Positions 22,052-32,774 of a stretch of 32,774 bases of DNA are shown here, one piece after another (position 1 is the first letter of the stretch; each line of letters starts with the position of its first letter). The notes below the pieces were generated by a model. The model was not told the origin of the DNA, did not search any database, and saw only the letters and a program-made list of their open reading frames with translations. The position numbers and the translations under genes were made by a program. This DNA is from Octopus bimaculoides (lineage: Eukaryota). The stretch lies in NCBI RefSeq assembly GCF_001194135.2, contig NC_068987.1, forward strand, positions 11,480,419 through 11,513,192. Reading direction: 5' to 3'.

Positions 22052-23444
22052 TATTCCTCTTTCAACAACTTTTTCTCTTCCCTTTCTTACCTCTGTCGAA
22101 AAATTTGTTGTGACGGACAGACAGAGATCAGTTTTCTTTTATAGTATAAGACTTGTAATGACATAAACGTCAGGCTGTGTCGTGTCTCATCACAAGCAAA
22201 TCCAAGTATTGTGTTTCTGTATGAAGCTTGCCATTACGAAGATGCTTTTTATTTTTATTTTTTGTCGAAAACAAAAGAAAGTGCTTGCTCTGAGTCTACA
22301 TTTTGTGGTGCAGGTGTAAATATCTTGACTTTGTAAAAGGTTTGACCTAACCTGAGAACAAAATGTAATAGATACATGGTGAAGGATTTCTCGTGTCTGT
22401 GACCGGACTGTCACAGTCCAAACCAGGAGTTCTACCTGTTGGTTTATGCAATATTGGATTTCCCCTTGTTTGGAGGATTTGAGAAAGAATGTGCAAGATT
22501 GTATTAAAAGAACAGGGTGGATGTGAAGATTTGATATAGACACAAAATATTGACTCTTAAAATAGAACTTCATTCTACCATCAATGATGCTTTTTTGTTG
22601 TTGTTTTCTTTTTACATCTTGCAAATGCTACATAGCTAAATGGGAAGTGGAGGGAGGCTTTATGCTCAACATGCTAGAAATAGCAACTAAATATCTATCT
22701 CTCAAAAAGGTAGGAATACATAATGTAATCCTAGATGTTTATAAAAACATAAAAGATACATTCAAGTGTCTATCGTTGACAAGACCAAGGAAGGTCAAAA
22801 TTGTGTAATCTGAGGGTAGTGGGGATTTATCTCTTGGCTAGCAATATAAACAAGAGTGCATTTTGCAACCAAATGTCTGTCAGTAATCTACCACAGTATA
22901 GTTTGTTCTAATAGAACATCCACATTTATGTGGAGATAAAAGACATGTTGGTCAGGGTTGACTTTGATCTGAATAACAACTACTAACCTTAAAAATATTA
23001 TTCAGTTATACACAGAATTACCACGACTTGAAAACTAACCAAATAATAGAATTTTAATCATACTAGTCTTACTCAGTTTGTGAGCAATCACAAAGTTCAA
23101 CCATAATTCAATACTATTGTAAAAGTCCTGACTGTAATCTTTTAAAAGCAAAAGCTTATATATCTGTATTTCAACAGTCTAAATAACATTACTGGTTAAT
23201 GGAATCAGTTGATTTCTCTTTCACCTGCTGCGTCTATGGTTTTATATTAAAAAAAATATTTGTTCTTATCCTTTGAGACCTTGTTGCAGTTGAAGAATTT
23301 TACCTCAAAGAGAATTAACAAATGTTATAACCAGGAATGTGACCAAAGCAAATTCAATGACTCTCTTTGTTGACACAACATCGACAAGAATAATAACTAG
23401 TATATTTTCAAATATTCCTCCATTAGTCTGTAATGGTTCATCTT

Positions 23445-23640
23445 ATCTGTGGCCATATCCAGCCTGAATATGCTCTCTGTTTTATGTTCAAATCAGCCTG
23501 TCACACACCTACTCTACAATGTCATTCTAAAAAATAAATCTTGGAAATCTCGAAGCTACATGATAACACATGCTTACTGCAAAACAGTGTGAATAATAGT
23601 TATTACATTTGATGGAGTAATTTGGATACTAAAGAGTTAA
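23445..23640 (+). mobile_element. MITE family D, degraded, ~130 nt upstream of the HD1 exon
   Basis: ggccatatccagcc...ctacaatgtcattctaaaaaataaa...taaagagttaa. Confidence 0.7.
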
Positions 23641-23768
23641 ACCACAATTTTCTACTGGTAAAGAGAACTGACCAGGTTTATAGCAAGTTAATGTCCATTA
23701 TTGGTGAGAATAAACCTCAGCAACTATTCCGTTTATATGTTTATACATCTTTCTCCTTCTTTTTTCAG

Positions 23769-24253
23769 GTGCAGAAAACATTGGTCGGTCACCTGGCTCT
23801 AATGACCTATCAAGGACTCCATCAACGACAGTGGGCCCCCCAACCACACAAACTCTCCCTGTTCCCTCACAGACTCAATGTACAAACTCTGGTGCACCCC
23901 AACCACTGTCAGTTGGCAACAGCTCCAAAGCTGCCCAGCCCAACTGCCCTAATCCTCAGGGACAGGTACATCCTCAAATTGCACCACAATGTGGTCCAGG
24001 ACAAGGCCCGCCTTTGGGCCAAACACCCCCACAACAATCTCCTGGAATGCCCCATCCTAGTATGGTTTCTCCTAACCATCAACAGCATCAGTCAACAGGT
24101 CCAATTGATGCACATTTTATGCAGCAACATAGTCAAATATTTGTTTTTAATACGAGTTTAGCCAACCAAGCTGCAGATTCTTACCGCCAAGGTCAGCATA
24201 AATCCATTTTAGCATTTCATATGGATCAACCAAGAACAAAGCAATTTTTACAG
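23769..24253 (+). CDS. BCL9: BCL9 exon with P/Q-rich linker and HD1 (Pygopus PHD-binding domain)
   Basis: Acceptor ttctccttcttttttcag|GT and donor CAG|gtaagt. Encodes IFVFNTSLANQAADSYRQGQHKSILAFH (from 24137), matching BCL9 HD1 VYVFSTEMANKAAEAVLKGQVETIVSFH. Confidence 0.93.
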
Positions 24254-24910
24254 GTAAGTCTTGTTTGTTAAATACCTGACAAGATATTATTATTGTTGAC
24301 AAGAATTATGCTGTTTGGATTATTATTATCCCCCATCTTTAGTATTGGAAATATGTCTTAACTGCTTTAGATCTCCATATACAGACATATATACATACAT
24401 CCATGGATAAGACACCTAATGACAATCAGTGATCAAACTGATTAAAGCATAGTGTAGAGATAAATGTTTTTTTTTTTTTAATCCACATTTTTGATCAATG
24501 AAGTTAAATATTTGAAAATGTATAAAAATATCATGTATTTATTTGTTTCATTCTTTCTCATTTTTTTCATTACTTCTATTTGTCACTCATGCACACATAC
24601 ACATGAAATTTAGTTCCATTATTAATAAGAATCGGTAAGATTTGAGTCAAACGATTACATTAGAGACCCCTAAGGTTAATTTCTTGATTTTCTTTTGGAT
24701 TCACATATTGCAATTTTAATTGAGAAGTGTGTAGACGATTTGTTGTACAAGCCTTGGTCAACTCTGATCCTACAGACTTCTAATCAAAGGCACTTTTCTA
24801 CTTTTTACTTAGTATATGTTTAGCTAAATATACTTACTTTCTTAAGACAGCCAAAGAGTTCAGAGGAAGAATTGACTGCTGTTTCTAGCAGATCAAATAA
24901 CTCTGTAGAG

Positions 24911-25160
24911 CAGTGGTTCTCACCTTGGTCCATATGGCCCTTAAGAGTCCATATAAGATTTTATTGTTAAAGTTTATATGCATCAAATTGGTTATACTTC
25001 TACGATATACAAAATATTTCAACAATTTTTTTTTATATATAATTACTAATAATATTTAATTAAAGAAATTTTAATAGGATTTCTTTTAGTAAGAGAAATA
25101 TATCTATTTCTTTAGTAAGAGAAATAAATATATCCATCAAAACGTGATAAATTCTTTAAA
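24911..25160 (+). mobile_element. hAT (Charlie-like) non-autonomous element, left end only
   Basis: CAGTGGTTCTCA terminus preceded by ...gtagag. No right TIR was found. Confidence 0.45.
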
Positions 25161-25203
25161 AGACATGTCTTTAAACTGAAAAATTCAATTATCATCATCA
25201 TCA

Positions 25204-25409
25204 TTGAACTCTTTTGATACCATATTCTGTTGAGATTCTTTGTGTTTATTTAAATTACTTTTAAATATAATGAAGAATTTGGTAAAAATAACTCTATTAT
25301 CAAGACTAAGTTTTGGTGGAAGATTTTGATTCTAAACTTTTGAAAACAAGGCATTTGTAATACAGAGCCAGGACCAGTCTCTAGTGGGGTTGATCTCAAA
25401 AAGGGTTAA
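25204..25409 (-). mobile_element. MITE family E
   Basis: ttgaactcttttgatacc ... caaaaagggttaa, with an internal reverse-complement match to 17880-18000. Confidence 0.7.
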
Positions 25410-25437
25410 TGTGTATACATGATTATATGTTATATGT

Positions 25438-25545
25438 CATCATCATCTGTTTTCCATCGGTTCTGGCCTGAGTTTTTAGGTTGGATGCCCTTCATAATGC
25501 CAACCACTTATCAGAATGTACTGGTTGCATTTTACATGGCACCAT
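25438..25545 (-). mobile_element. Family C-related SINE fragment
   Basis: (cat)n...ggttggatgcccttcataatgccaacc...ttttacatggcacc. Confidence 0.6.
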
Positions 25546-25788
25546 AACTTACAAGACAAAGATCCCTCCACTAGGAGGGATGTTGAGTGGGGTGGCTTTG
25601 TGTCAGATGATGGGAAGTCAAACTATGATAGAGGGAGAGAAACGGGTGACTAGCTGCAGACAAGATACATGGTTACCCAGTGAGAGAGAGTGAGTGCGAG
25701 AGATGTGTCGGGATGTATACTCTAAGAAAACATTGTTTTTTTTTAATTATGTAAATTCATACTGATTTTATTTGTATATCTCTTGCAG

Positions 25789-26397
25789 AAATTTCCTCCA
25801 AAAGGCAACCAATTTAACAGACCTCCAGGCGGAATGAACATGTATAATATGGCCAATATGCACCAACAAAACATGGGTTGTATAAAGAATACAAACATGA
25901 ACAATATGGGGCCCAGCCCTAATTCATTAGTAGCTCAGTGGGTGCAACAACAGAATGCTAACCTCCAGGAGCAAGAATTCCTTAATTACTCAAACAACCC
26001 AAACATGATGGGTCAAGGTCAAGGTGGAATGATGCCTTGGCAGGTTCCACCAGGTCATTCTTCACAGGGACAGGTGGGAATGTTACCGGATAATTCAGGG
26101 TTTGATCCTGAGCCCTACCGCATGTGTAGTAAAGGTCTTCCTCTCCCACATCGAAATTTACTGCAAGCAAAAGTTCCTGATGACAAACTCACTCCGGAAC
26201 AATTGCAGAAGAGAGAGGAATCATTGGCTTCCCTTCAGAAATTGCAGCTGTTATTATTTCCTGAAGAACTAAAGCAGCAGAGAGGATTCCCTCCGGGGGC
26301 TAACATGATACCTCCGGAGGGAATGCAGCATCCTCCAAATATGTTCCCTCTAAGCATGTCTCCACATGAGATGTCACCGCAGTCAGCTATGATGCAA

Positions 26398-26436
<39 letters not shown>

Positions 26437-27327
26437 CAACAGCAACAGCAGCAACAGCAACAGGGACTTATGCCACAGCAACCTCTTCCGTCGCAGCACA
26501 TGATGCAGCATCACCAGTTTATGATGCAACAACAGAACATGCCGCCTCAGTTTAGCCCCCAACCGGGCAACATAGAAAACATTACGACGGCGCAGCGGGA
26601 ATGGGTTCGCTTACAGCAGGAATTTTATGCTGAGAAAAGAAGAATGCAGCACATGCAAATGGCTCAACAGATGAACCCTGGTATGGAAATGCCCCCTAAT
26701 TCAATGCATGCGTCCCCCCCTTCGTATTACAGTTCCATCTCACAAAAACGACAAGGAGTCGCTGGTTTAAATGCATCTACCTCACCTAACATGAATGGAC
26801 CAATGCTGTCTCCCCCTCTATCTGGCCACGGCCATCCTGAATCTCCTGATCCTATGCATTTATTCCCTGGTCCTCGACGGGCCCCTTCATTGAGCTCCCT
26901 AGAGCAGGTTGGACTTGGAAGAATGGGTCACGGCTTCTCTCCTGGGCTTCCACCAACTGGAAATATGGAGCACCCTGTGGGTCACGTGTCTCCAGTTGGC
27001 CTGAACTCGCAATTTAACATGCCTCCTTCGGCTAAACAAAATTCAAATCTGACCCTACAGAGAGCTGGTAACCCAGAACAGTTTCAGCCTGAAATGAATG
27101 CCCCTCCAAATTCCGGTAGCAAACCTCCTCCTAGCTATGCACAGTCAACAAAACGAAAACGGGAAGATATGGATGAGATTTACAAGAACCTGCAACCGAC
27201 TCCATCACCTCAACAGCTAAATTACCTCAACGCATTCGAAGGACAAGAATTAACGATAACAAAACAGTTAAATACAGCATATCGAGAACCAAGCCAAACA
27301 GGAAATTCACAACAACCACCAACACCA

Positions 27328-27358
<31 letters not shown>

Positions 27359-30300
27359 AACCATCGCAACAGCAGCAGCAGCAACAACAACCATCACAAC
27401 AGCCACAAGCAAGTATACCACCACACCCACATCAACAACCGGGTGGTATGCCTCCTCATCAGCAAGCACCACAACAACCGCAGCAGCAACAACAACCGCA
27501 AGCAAATATTCCTCCACAAGCAAACATGCCACCCCATCAACCAGGCATGCCTCCCCATCCTCATCCTCCTCAGCAGCAACCACAACAACCAGGTATGCCC
27601 CCACATCCAGCATCACAACAACCAGGCATGCCATCCCACCACCAACCACATCCAAACATGCCCCCTCATCAACATCATTCTGGTTTACCGCCACACCAAT
27701 CGCCTATGTCTTCTCAAGCACCGCAGTCTAGTATGGCCTCGCATCACCCTCAACCCCCGGGTATGTCCCCACATCCGCAGCCACCATCCAACATGGCCAC
27801 CCATCAGTCGGCGATGAACTCCCATCAGAACAGTATACCTCCACATCCACAACCACCCACGGTGTCCGCACCACATCATCAACCTGGCGTATCGCCACAT
27901 CACCCTTCAGTCGGTCTGCCGCAACATCAACAGCCACAAGCTGGTGTCGCTACTGCTGCCCCACCTCATCCACCCGGAGTCCCCCACCAACCAGGTGTAC
28001 CACCCCATCAACAGTCAAGTATGAGCAACCAAGGAATTAGTTCCCAGCAACCCATCTCATCACAACAGCAGGGAACGTCTCAACAGCAGAACATGCATTC
28101 TCAAGCGCAAGCTATGCCTCCACACGGCATGTCACCCCAACAGGGCATACCGCCACACGGCATGTCGCCTCAACAAGGTATGCCTCCACACGGTATGTCA
28201 CCCCAGCAGGGCATACCTCCACACGGTATGTCACCCCAGCAGGGCATACCTCCACACGGTATGTCACCACAGCAAGGCATACCTCCACATGGTATGTCAC
28301 CACAGCAGGGCATACCTCCACACGGTATGTCACCCCAACAAGGCATGCCTCCACATGGTATGTCGCCCCAGCAGGGCATGCCTCCTGGCATGTCACCTCA
28401 GCAAGGCTTGCCTCCACATGGTATGTCACCTCAACAGGGAATACCACCGCACGGAATGTCTCCACAGCAAGGCATACCTCCACATGGTATCAGTCAGAGC
28501 ATGGCATCTCAACAACATGGCATTCCCCCACATGCTATCCCTCCACAGCAACCAGGCATGCCTACTGAAACTCAGAGTGGTAACTTCCCTCATAGCCAAG
28601 TCAACTCTCCAATGCATATAGCACCAGGCTCCAACAAAGGCCCCATGTCCAATTCCAGCCAATCTTCCAGCGTTGGTCCTTTGTCCAGTCCCGGTCCGAT
28701 GTCTGGACCCTCACCAATGTCCAGTGGTGGGATGCGTTTGTCTCATTATGATCCACCCTCAATAAACTGTAGCTCGAACATATCAACTGGGGGCACCAGT
28801 ACATCCAGCAGCGTGTGTTCTGCTGCTGGTAACAAATCTGGCAACATGACGAATATCACTTCGGCCAGCCTAGCAAACCTTGCAAAGGGCGTTGAACACT
28901 TGTCACATCAGATGCAGCAAAACATGATGCAAGGAGGTCCATTTCATAGCATACAGATACAAGGTAATGTTAGCAACCAACAGAATTCTACAAGCACCTC
29001 ACAGCCATCTACTCCATCTAATCTACCTACTTCTCAAAGCCAGTGTAACAGCCCGATGCCATCAAACACAGTCGTGCGCCCAGGACAAGGTTCTGTGACG
29101 CCAGATACAATGGCACAAGGTCAGATGCCTGGAGTTAATAACACTTTCATTAATGCTAATATGCAGATACAACAGCTGAATATACAATCTGTTGACGGGC
29201 CTAGCTATAGTCCTTCTATGCAGGTCCAGCAAGTTCCTAATGAATCTTCCCAAATGAACATGGGACAAGTATCTGCGCAGAGGTCGTCAGGGCCTCTGCC
29301 ACCACAACAAGGTTGTGCTGGTCCAGTTCCAACATCTGTGAACCCTAATGCAGGAATGTTACCAAATGCCAGTGGGCATCCTCCCACGAGCAAACAATCG
29401 AACTCCAAGTCAGGGAACCCTCCAAACCTCATGATCAACTCAAATTCACGCATGACACATTCACCAAACTTTCCTGCAAATTCTGTTGGCAACGCCAATA
29501 TCCAAATCCAAGCTAAAGCCCCCAACACCATCCAATATCTGCCAGCACAACCTGTTCAGAATTCACAGAATATGAATACTAAGCAGCAGCGGCCGGATTT
29601 AGACTTCATGCAAAAGCTGGCCTCACCGGGTCACACTTTAGACTGTAAACCACCTCAAAATAAAATGCCACGTTTTTCAGGACCTTCTTTAGGAGAAATA
29701 AGACCTGGTATGCCCAACCATTCTCTAGGTATGCCTCCATCCCTAATGATGCAGAACCCTAATCCTAACATGGTTGGTAATATGCCCAGTGGTGGTATGG
29801 CCAGTCCAGTGCATATGTCTCCCATGAACAATCCAATGGGAGCTCTTCCTGGTAACATGGGTCCTTGTGATATGATAGCCCCTGGAATGGGTGGACCCAT
29901 GCCCAATATGGGCGCAATGAATGGTATGAATCCTGGTGGGGGTAATGTATGTGGAGGAATGCCTCCTCATGGCATGGAAGGCAGTATGCCTCCCCATGGC
30001 ATGCCCCACCAGTTTAACCCCCAGATGATGGGTGGAGGTCCACCTGGTATGATGAACAATGGAATGATGCAGGGGCAACAGATAATGCAAGGTCATGGTA
30101 TGCATCCAGCCATGTCTATGCATGGAATGCCTCACCCAGCCATGCAGCGAGGCCCACGTATGACTGCGCCACCAAACGGCCCACCACAGGGGCCAGGATC
30201 AAATCCTGTTAGCCCTGGTTTTAGCCAACAGTTTCAACAGTTTCAGCAACAGCTTTACTCACAAAACCGCCCACGTCAAATGTCCCCCATGGGTAACATG

Positions 30301-30360
30301 ATGCCCAACCCTGGCCAGCAATACATGGGCGTGATGCCTAATATGCCTGGTCCCACTTGA
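25789..30360 (+). CDS. BCL9: BCL9 terminal coding exon (1523 aa) with HD2, HD3, low-complexity Q/P/H/M/G regions; stop TGA 30358-30360
   Basis: Acceptor tatatctcttgcag|AAA, phase 0. HD2 DDKLTPEQLQKREESLASLQKLQLLLFPEE (26179-26268). HD3 ITTAQREWVRLQQEFYAEKRR (26581-26643). IQAKAPNTIQYLP resembles the C-terminal EKPSQTLQYFP motif of vertebrate BCL9. Confidence 0.95.
26395..26463 (+). repeat. Coding polyQ tract, Q23 (includes 9 uninterrupted CAG)
   Basis: caa caa (cag)9 followed by mixed caa/cag, counted directly. Confidence 0.97.
27328..27390 (+). repeat. Coding polyQ tracts Q11-PS-Q8
   Basis: Direct translation; the tract is CAA-rich. Confidence 0.95.
28114..28473 (+). repeat. Coding minisatellite: 11 units of 33 bp encoding [MIL]PPHGMSPQQG (unit 9 lacks His)
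   Basis: Direct translation. Synonymous positions vary between units. Confidence 0.97.
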
Positions 30361-30745
30361 AGAGGTTCTTTCGGTTATTTAGTGGTGCCTAATAATGGAA
30401 TTATCACTTGTTGATATGAGGGAAAACAAAAATAGAAAATAGAGGCTGGATTGATTTTTTTTTGCCTGCGTCAAGCAACTATTTGTGTTACTAATAATCG
30501 CAGAAGCAGAAGAATCAAGCTCTGTGGGTTGTTATCAACTCCCAAAGGGCCAGTGGAAACCAACATAGATGGTTCCTGACCAGCCTCACCCCTCAGCTTT
30601 TACCCTAGATTAAATCTTAATGGATCCAAAGCTGCTACAGTTCTAGACATTTCATGGAATACAGTCTGACATTTCGTTAGTCCATTCTTCACCTGACCTC
30701 TTTTTTTTTTTTTTTTTTGTATATTTCCCCCCATCCCAGTCTCCC

Positions 30746-31105
30746 NNNNNNNNNNNNNNNNNNNNNNNNNNNNNNNNNNNNNNNNNNNNNNNNNNNNNNN
30801 NNNNNNNNNNNNNNNNNNNNNNNNNNNNNNNNNNNNNNNNNNNNNNNNNNNNNNNNNNNNNNNNNNNNNNNNNNNNNNNNNNNNNNNNNNNNNNNNNNNN
30901 NNNNNNNNNNNNNNNNNNNNNNNNNNNNNNNNNNNNNNNNNNNNNNNNNNNNNNNNNNNNNNNNNNNNNNNNNNNNNNNNNNNNNNNNNNNNNNNNNNNN
31001 NNNNNNNNNNNNNNNNNNNNNNNNNNNNNNNNNNNNNNNNNNNNNNNNNNNNNNNNNNNNNNNNNNNNNNNNNNNNNNNNNNNNNNNNNNNNNNNNNNNN
31101 NNNNN
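30746..31105. other. Assembly gap (360 N) in the presumed 3' UTR
   Basis: Run of N. Confidence 1.
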
Positions 31106-31154
31106 ATATATACAGAGATGTAAAAATGTGAGGCTAAAAAAAATGTGTTTGTTA

Positions 31155-31167
31155 AATAAAAAATAAA
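31155..31167 (+). terminator. Possible polyadenylation signals (AATAAA x2)
   Basis: Two hexamers ~800 nt after the stop codon. They lie in AT-rich sequence, so chance occurrence is likely. Confidence 0.25.
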
Positions 31168-32238
31168 ACACACACACACACACATCCCCCTTCACTTAAG
31201 TCTACCTTATTTCTCTACTGATTTATTATCATTTATTATTATTATTATCACCATGTTTTTAAATGTCCAGTCCCTCCTTGTCAATTGAAGCTACTGCTAA
31301 TATTAATCTGTGTCCTGTTGAAGACCCAATGTCAGGGCCCCTTCTGTAAAAGTAAACAAAAAAAATGACAAACACTCAAAGAACAAATTCAATTTGGTTT
31401 TTACCATTTCCTCCCTTGAAAGACAAAAGACAAAAAGATGAAGAAAGAAAGAAAGAAAACAAAAATTTAGATGTTATTTTTTTCTTGTTTTATCATATTT
31501 TTTTCTCAAGTAAATGAAAAACAGCCATATCAGATTTTGTTTGTGTTTGCGTGTGTGCTATTATATGTGTGGGTATATGTGTGCGGCTGTGTTGTTGACT
31601 GCGGAAAATAATGGTGACAATTTGGGGGAAGGAAAACGCTTAAAGCGTTCAGGCATCTCACCTTTCAGCTTCAGTTCCTTTGCCATTCTGTCTATACTTT
31701 GAACCTCAACTCCTTCTGACCACTCTGGCACCAACGTACGGAACCTTTATTTTCATTCCCCCCCCCCCTCATCTGATTACATGTGTTGGAATCGAACCCA
31801 ATTCTCAGCAAAGGGAAAGCAACTAAGGAGATGTCTCACTCTTCCCTAAAACCCCTTTTTACACACGCACATACTCACACAAAAAAAAAAAAAGACATAG
31901 AACAATCTTTTCCTATATATATATATGTACATATATGTATATATATACATACATAAACTTGTGTTACTTTAATTATGCTCTGGTTTGTAGGTTAATGAAT
32001 CATCCTTCTTTCTCATTGTCATCATTATCATCATAGCAGCCCCTAACATGATAGTAAATACTCAATGAGGGCCATCTCTCTCTGCCTGGTTTCACTTCTC
32101 AGTAAGATCAGCTTCATATAACTGGGCTCATATACTTTCGAATAACATAAGCATCACAACTTACTCTTCTCTCACAGTTTTTAGAGATGCATTATTATTA
32201 TTATTATTATTACAATTCATCTTCATCAATATCACCAT

Positions 32239-32505
32239 GCAGTGAGTTGGCAGAAACAGTAAGAAGCAAGGAACAAAATACTTCTACAGTAATTAGATTT
32301 GTCTCTTAAGGATCTGTGTTCAAAATCCTGCTTGGTCGACTCTCACCTTCCATCAATCCGAGGGGTTCGATTAAAAATTAAGTAGCAGTAATATCCTTGG
32401 AGAGGGCTGGGCGCAGAGGAGGGAATTCGATCCAGTCATCTCTACCTGTTCCTTAATCATGTATGACCTGTGCCATCGTCAGAAATTAGTATCATTATTA
32501 TTATT
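32239..32505 (+). mobile_element. SINE family B, highly degraded
   Basis: gcagtgagttggcagaa...tgttcaaaatcc...gtcgac...taagtagcag...(att)n. Confidence 0.55.
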
Positions 32506-32774
32506 ATAATATCAGCCAACTTCAATGCTGGGCTAAATTGATAACCTTTGGTCAAATGAAGCAGTTAGCTAAGAGATCCCTACCCCCATCACATCAAACA
32601 TCCTTCCTTCTCCCCAGCTTTTGTGAGTGGTTGGTGTAACAGAACAAGGATGGAATGACCTCTTTATAGAAAGGCTTTTTTTTTTTCTGGAAAAGGTCAA
32701 CAATAAGGAGCCTGATTTCTTCGTGAAGTGTATTGTTTTTTACTGTTGCTGCTGCTATCGTTGTTGCTGCTGCT

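Larger units (their letters stand above)
7085..30360 (+). other. BCL9: BCL9/legless-family gene model: join(7085..7370,16261..16317,23769..24253,25789..30360), 5400 nt = 1799 aa + stop; 5' end uncertain
   Basis: All introns are GT-AG and phases match (1,1,0), with no stops in the spliced frame. HD1, HD2 and HD3 motifs are recognisable and in the canonical order. Confidence 0.88.

Noticed and set aside
22190-22808. ORFs and a possible exon ending aaaaag|gtagga (~22709)
   Set aside because: No homology, the 3' part resembles a repeat also seen near 3800, and I could not show compatibility with the BCL9 frame.
22325-22970. Additional CTTTG(A/T)(A/T) TCF-like motifs
   Set aside because: Expected by chance in AT-rich DNA, with no clustering or supporting context.
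23622-24161. 179-aa ORF overlapping the HD1 exon in another frame
   Set aside because: It starts at TTG inside a MITE, crosses the splice acceptor and has no recognisable homology.
26235-26501. Minus-strand poly-Cys ORF
   Set aside because: It is the antisense reading of the CAG/CAA polyQ tract, with no independent evidence.
28114-28473. CRISPR-like regular repeat array
   Set aside because: The units are contiguous with no unique spacers, are in frame within a eukaryotic exon, and there are no cas genes.
27227-30135. Multiple antisense and alternative-frame ORFs (V/A-rich, GGMPC repeats, H-rich)
   Set aside because: Shadow ORFs generated by low-complexity BCL9 coding sequence and the 33-bp repeat.
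30652-31195. ORFs spanning the N gap
   Set aside because: Artefacts of translating N.

Overview
AT-rich, microsatellite-laden eukaryotic DNA. The repeat landscape (tRNA-derived SINEs, TTAA MITEs, CR1 fragments) suggests an octopod cephalopod; this is an inference, no database search was run. The window holds one protein-coding gene on the + strand, a BCL9/legless orthologue (beta-catenin/Pygopus co-activator of Wnt transcription). I reconstruct four coding exons whose phases fit exactly: 7085-7370, 16261-16317 (57-nt symmetric microexon), 23769-24253 (HD1) and 25789-30360 (4.57-kb exon with HD2, HD3, polyQ tracts, an 11-aa tandem repeat array and an HD6-like motif). These give 1799 aa from the first visible acceptor, or 1770 aa from ATG 7172; the true 5' end is not resolved. 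Introns and flanks are filled with several SINE families, two TTAA-type MITE families, a hAT-like fragment and two LINE 3' fragments, often nested or inverted. There are two assembly gaps (18991-19041, 30746-31105). The most unusual observations are the microexon and N-terminal cluster of four psi-K-x-E SUMO consensus sites, the PPHGMSPQQG array, a SINE-LINE chimera and a stem-loop shared by two SINE families. Repeat boundaries are approximate (about +/-10 nt). No prokaryote-type system (CRISPR, operon) is present.
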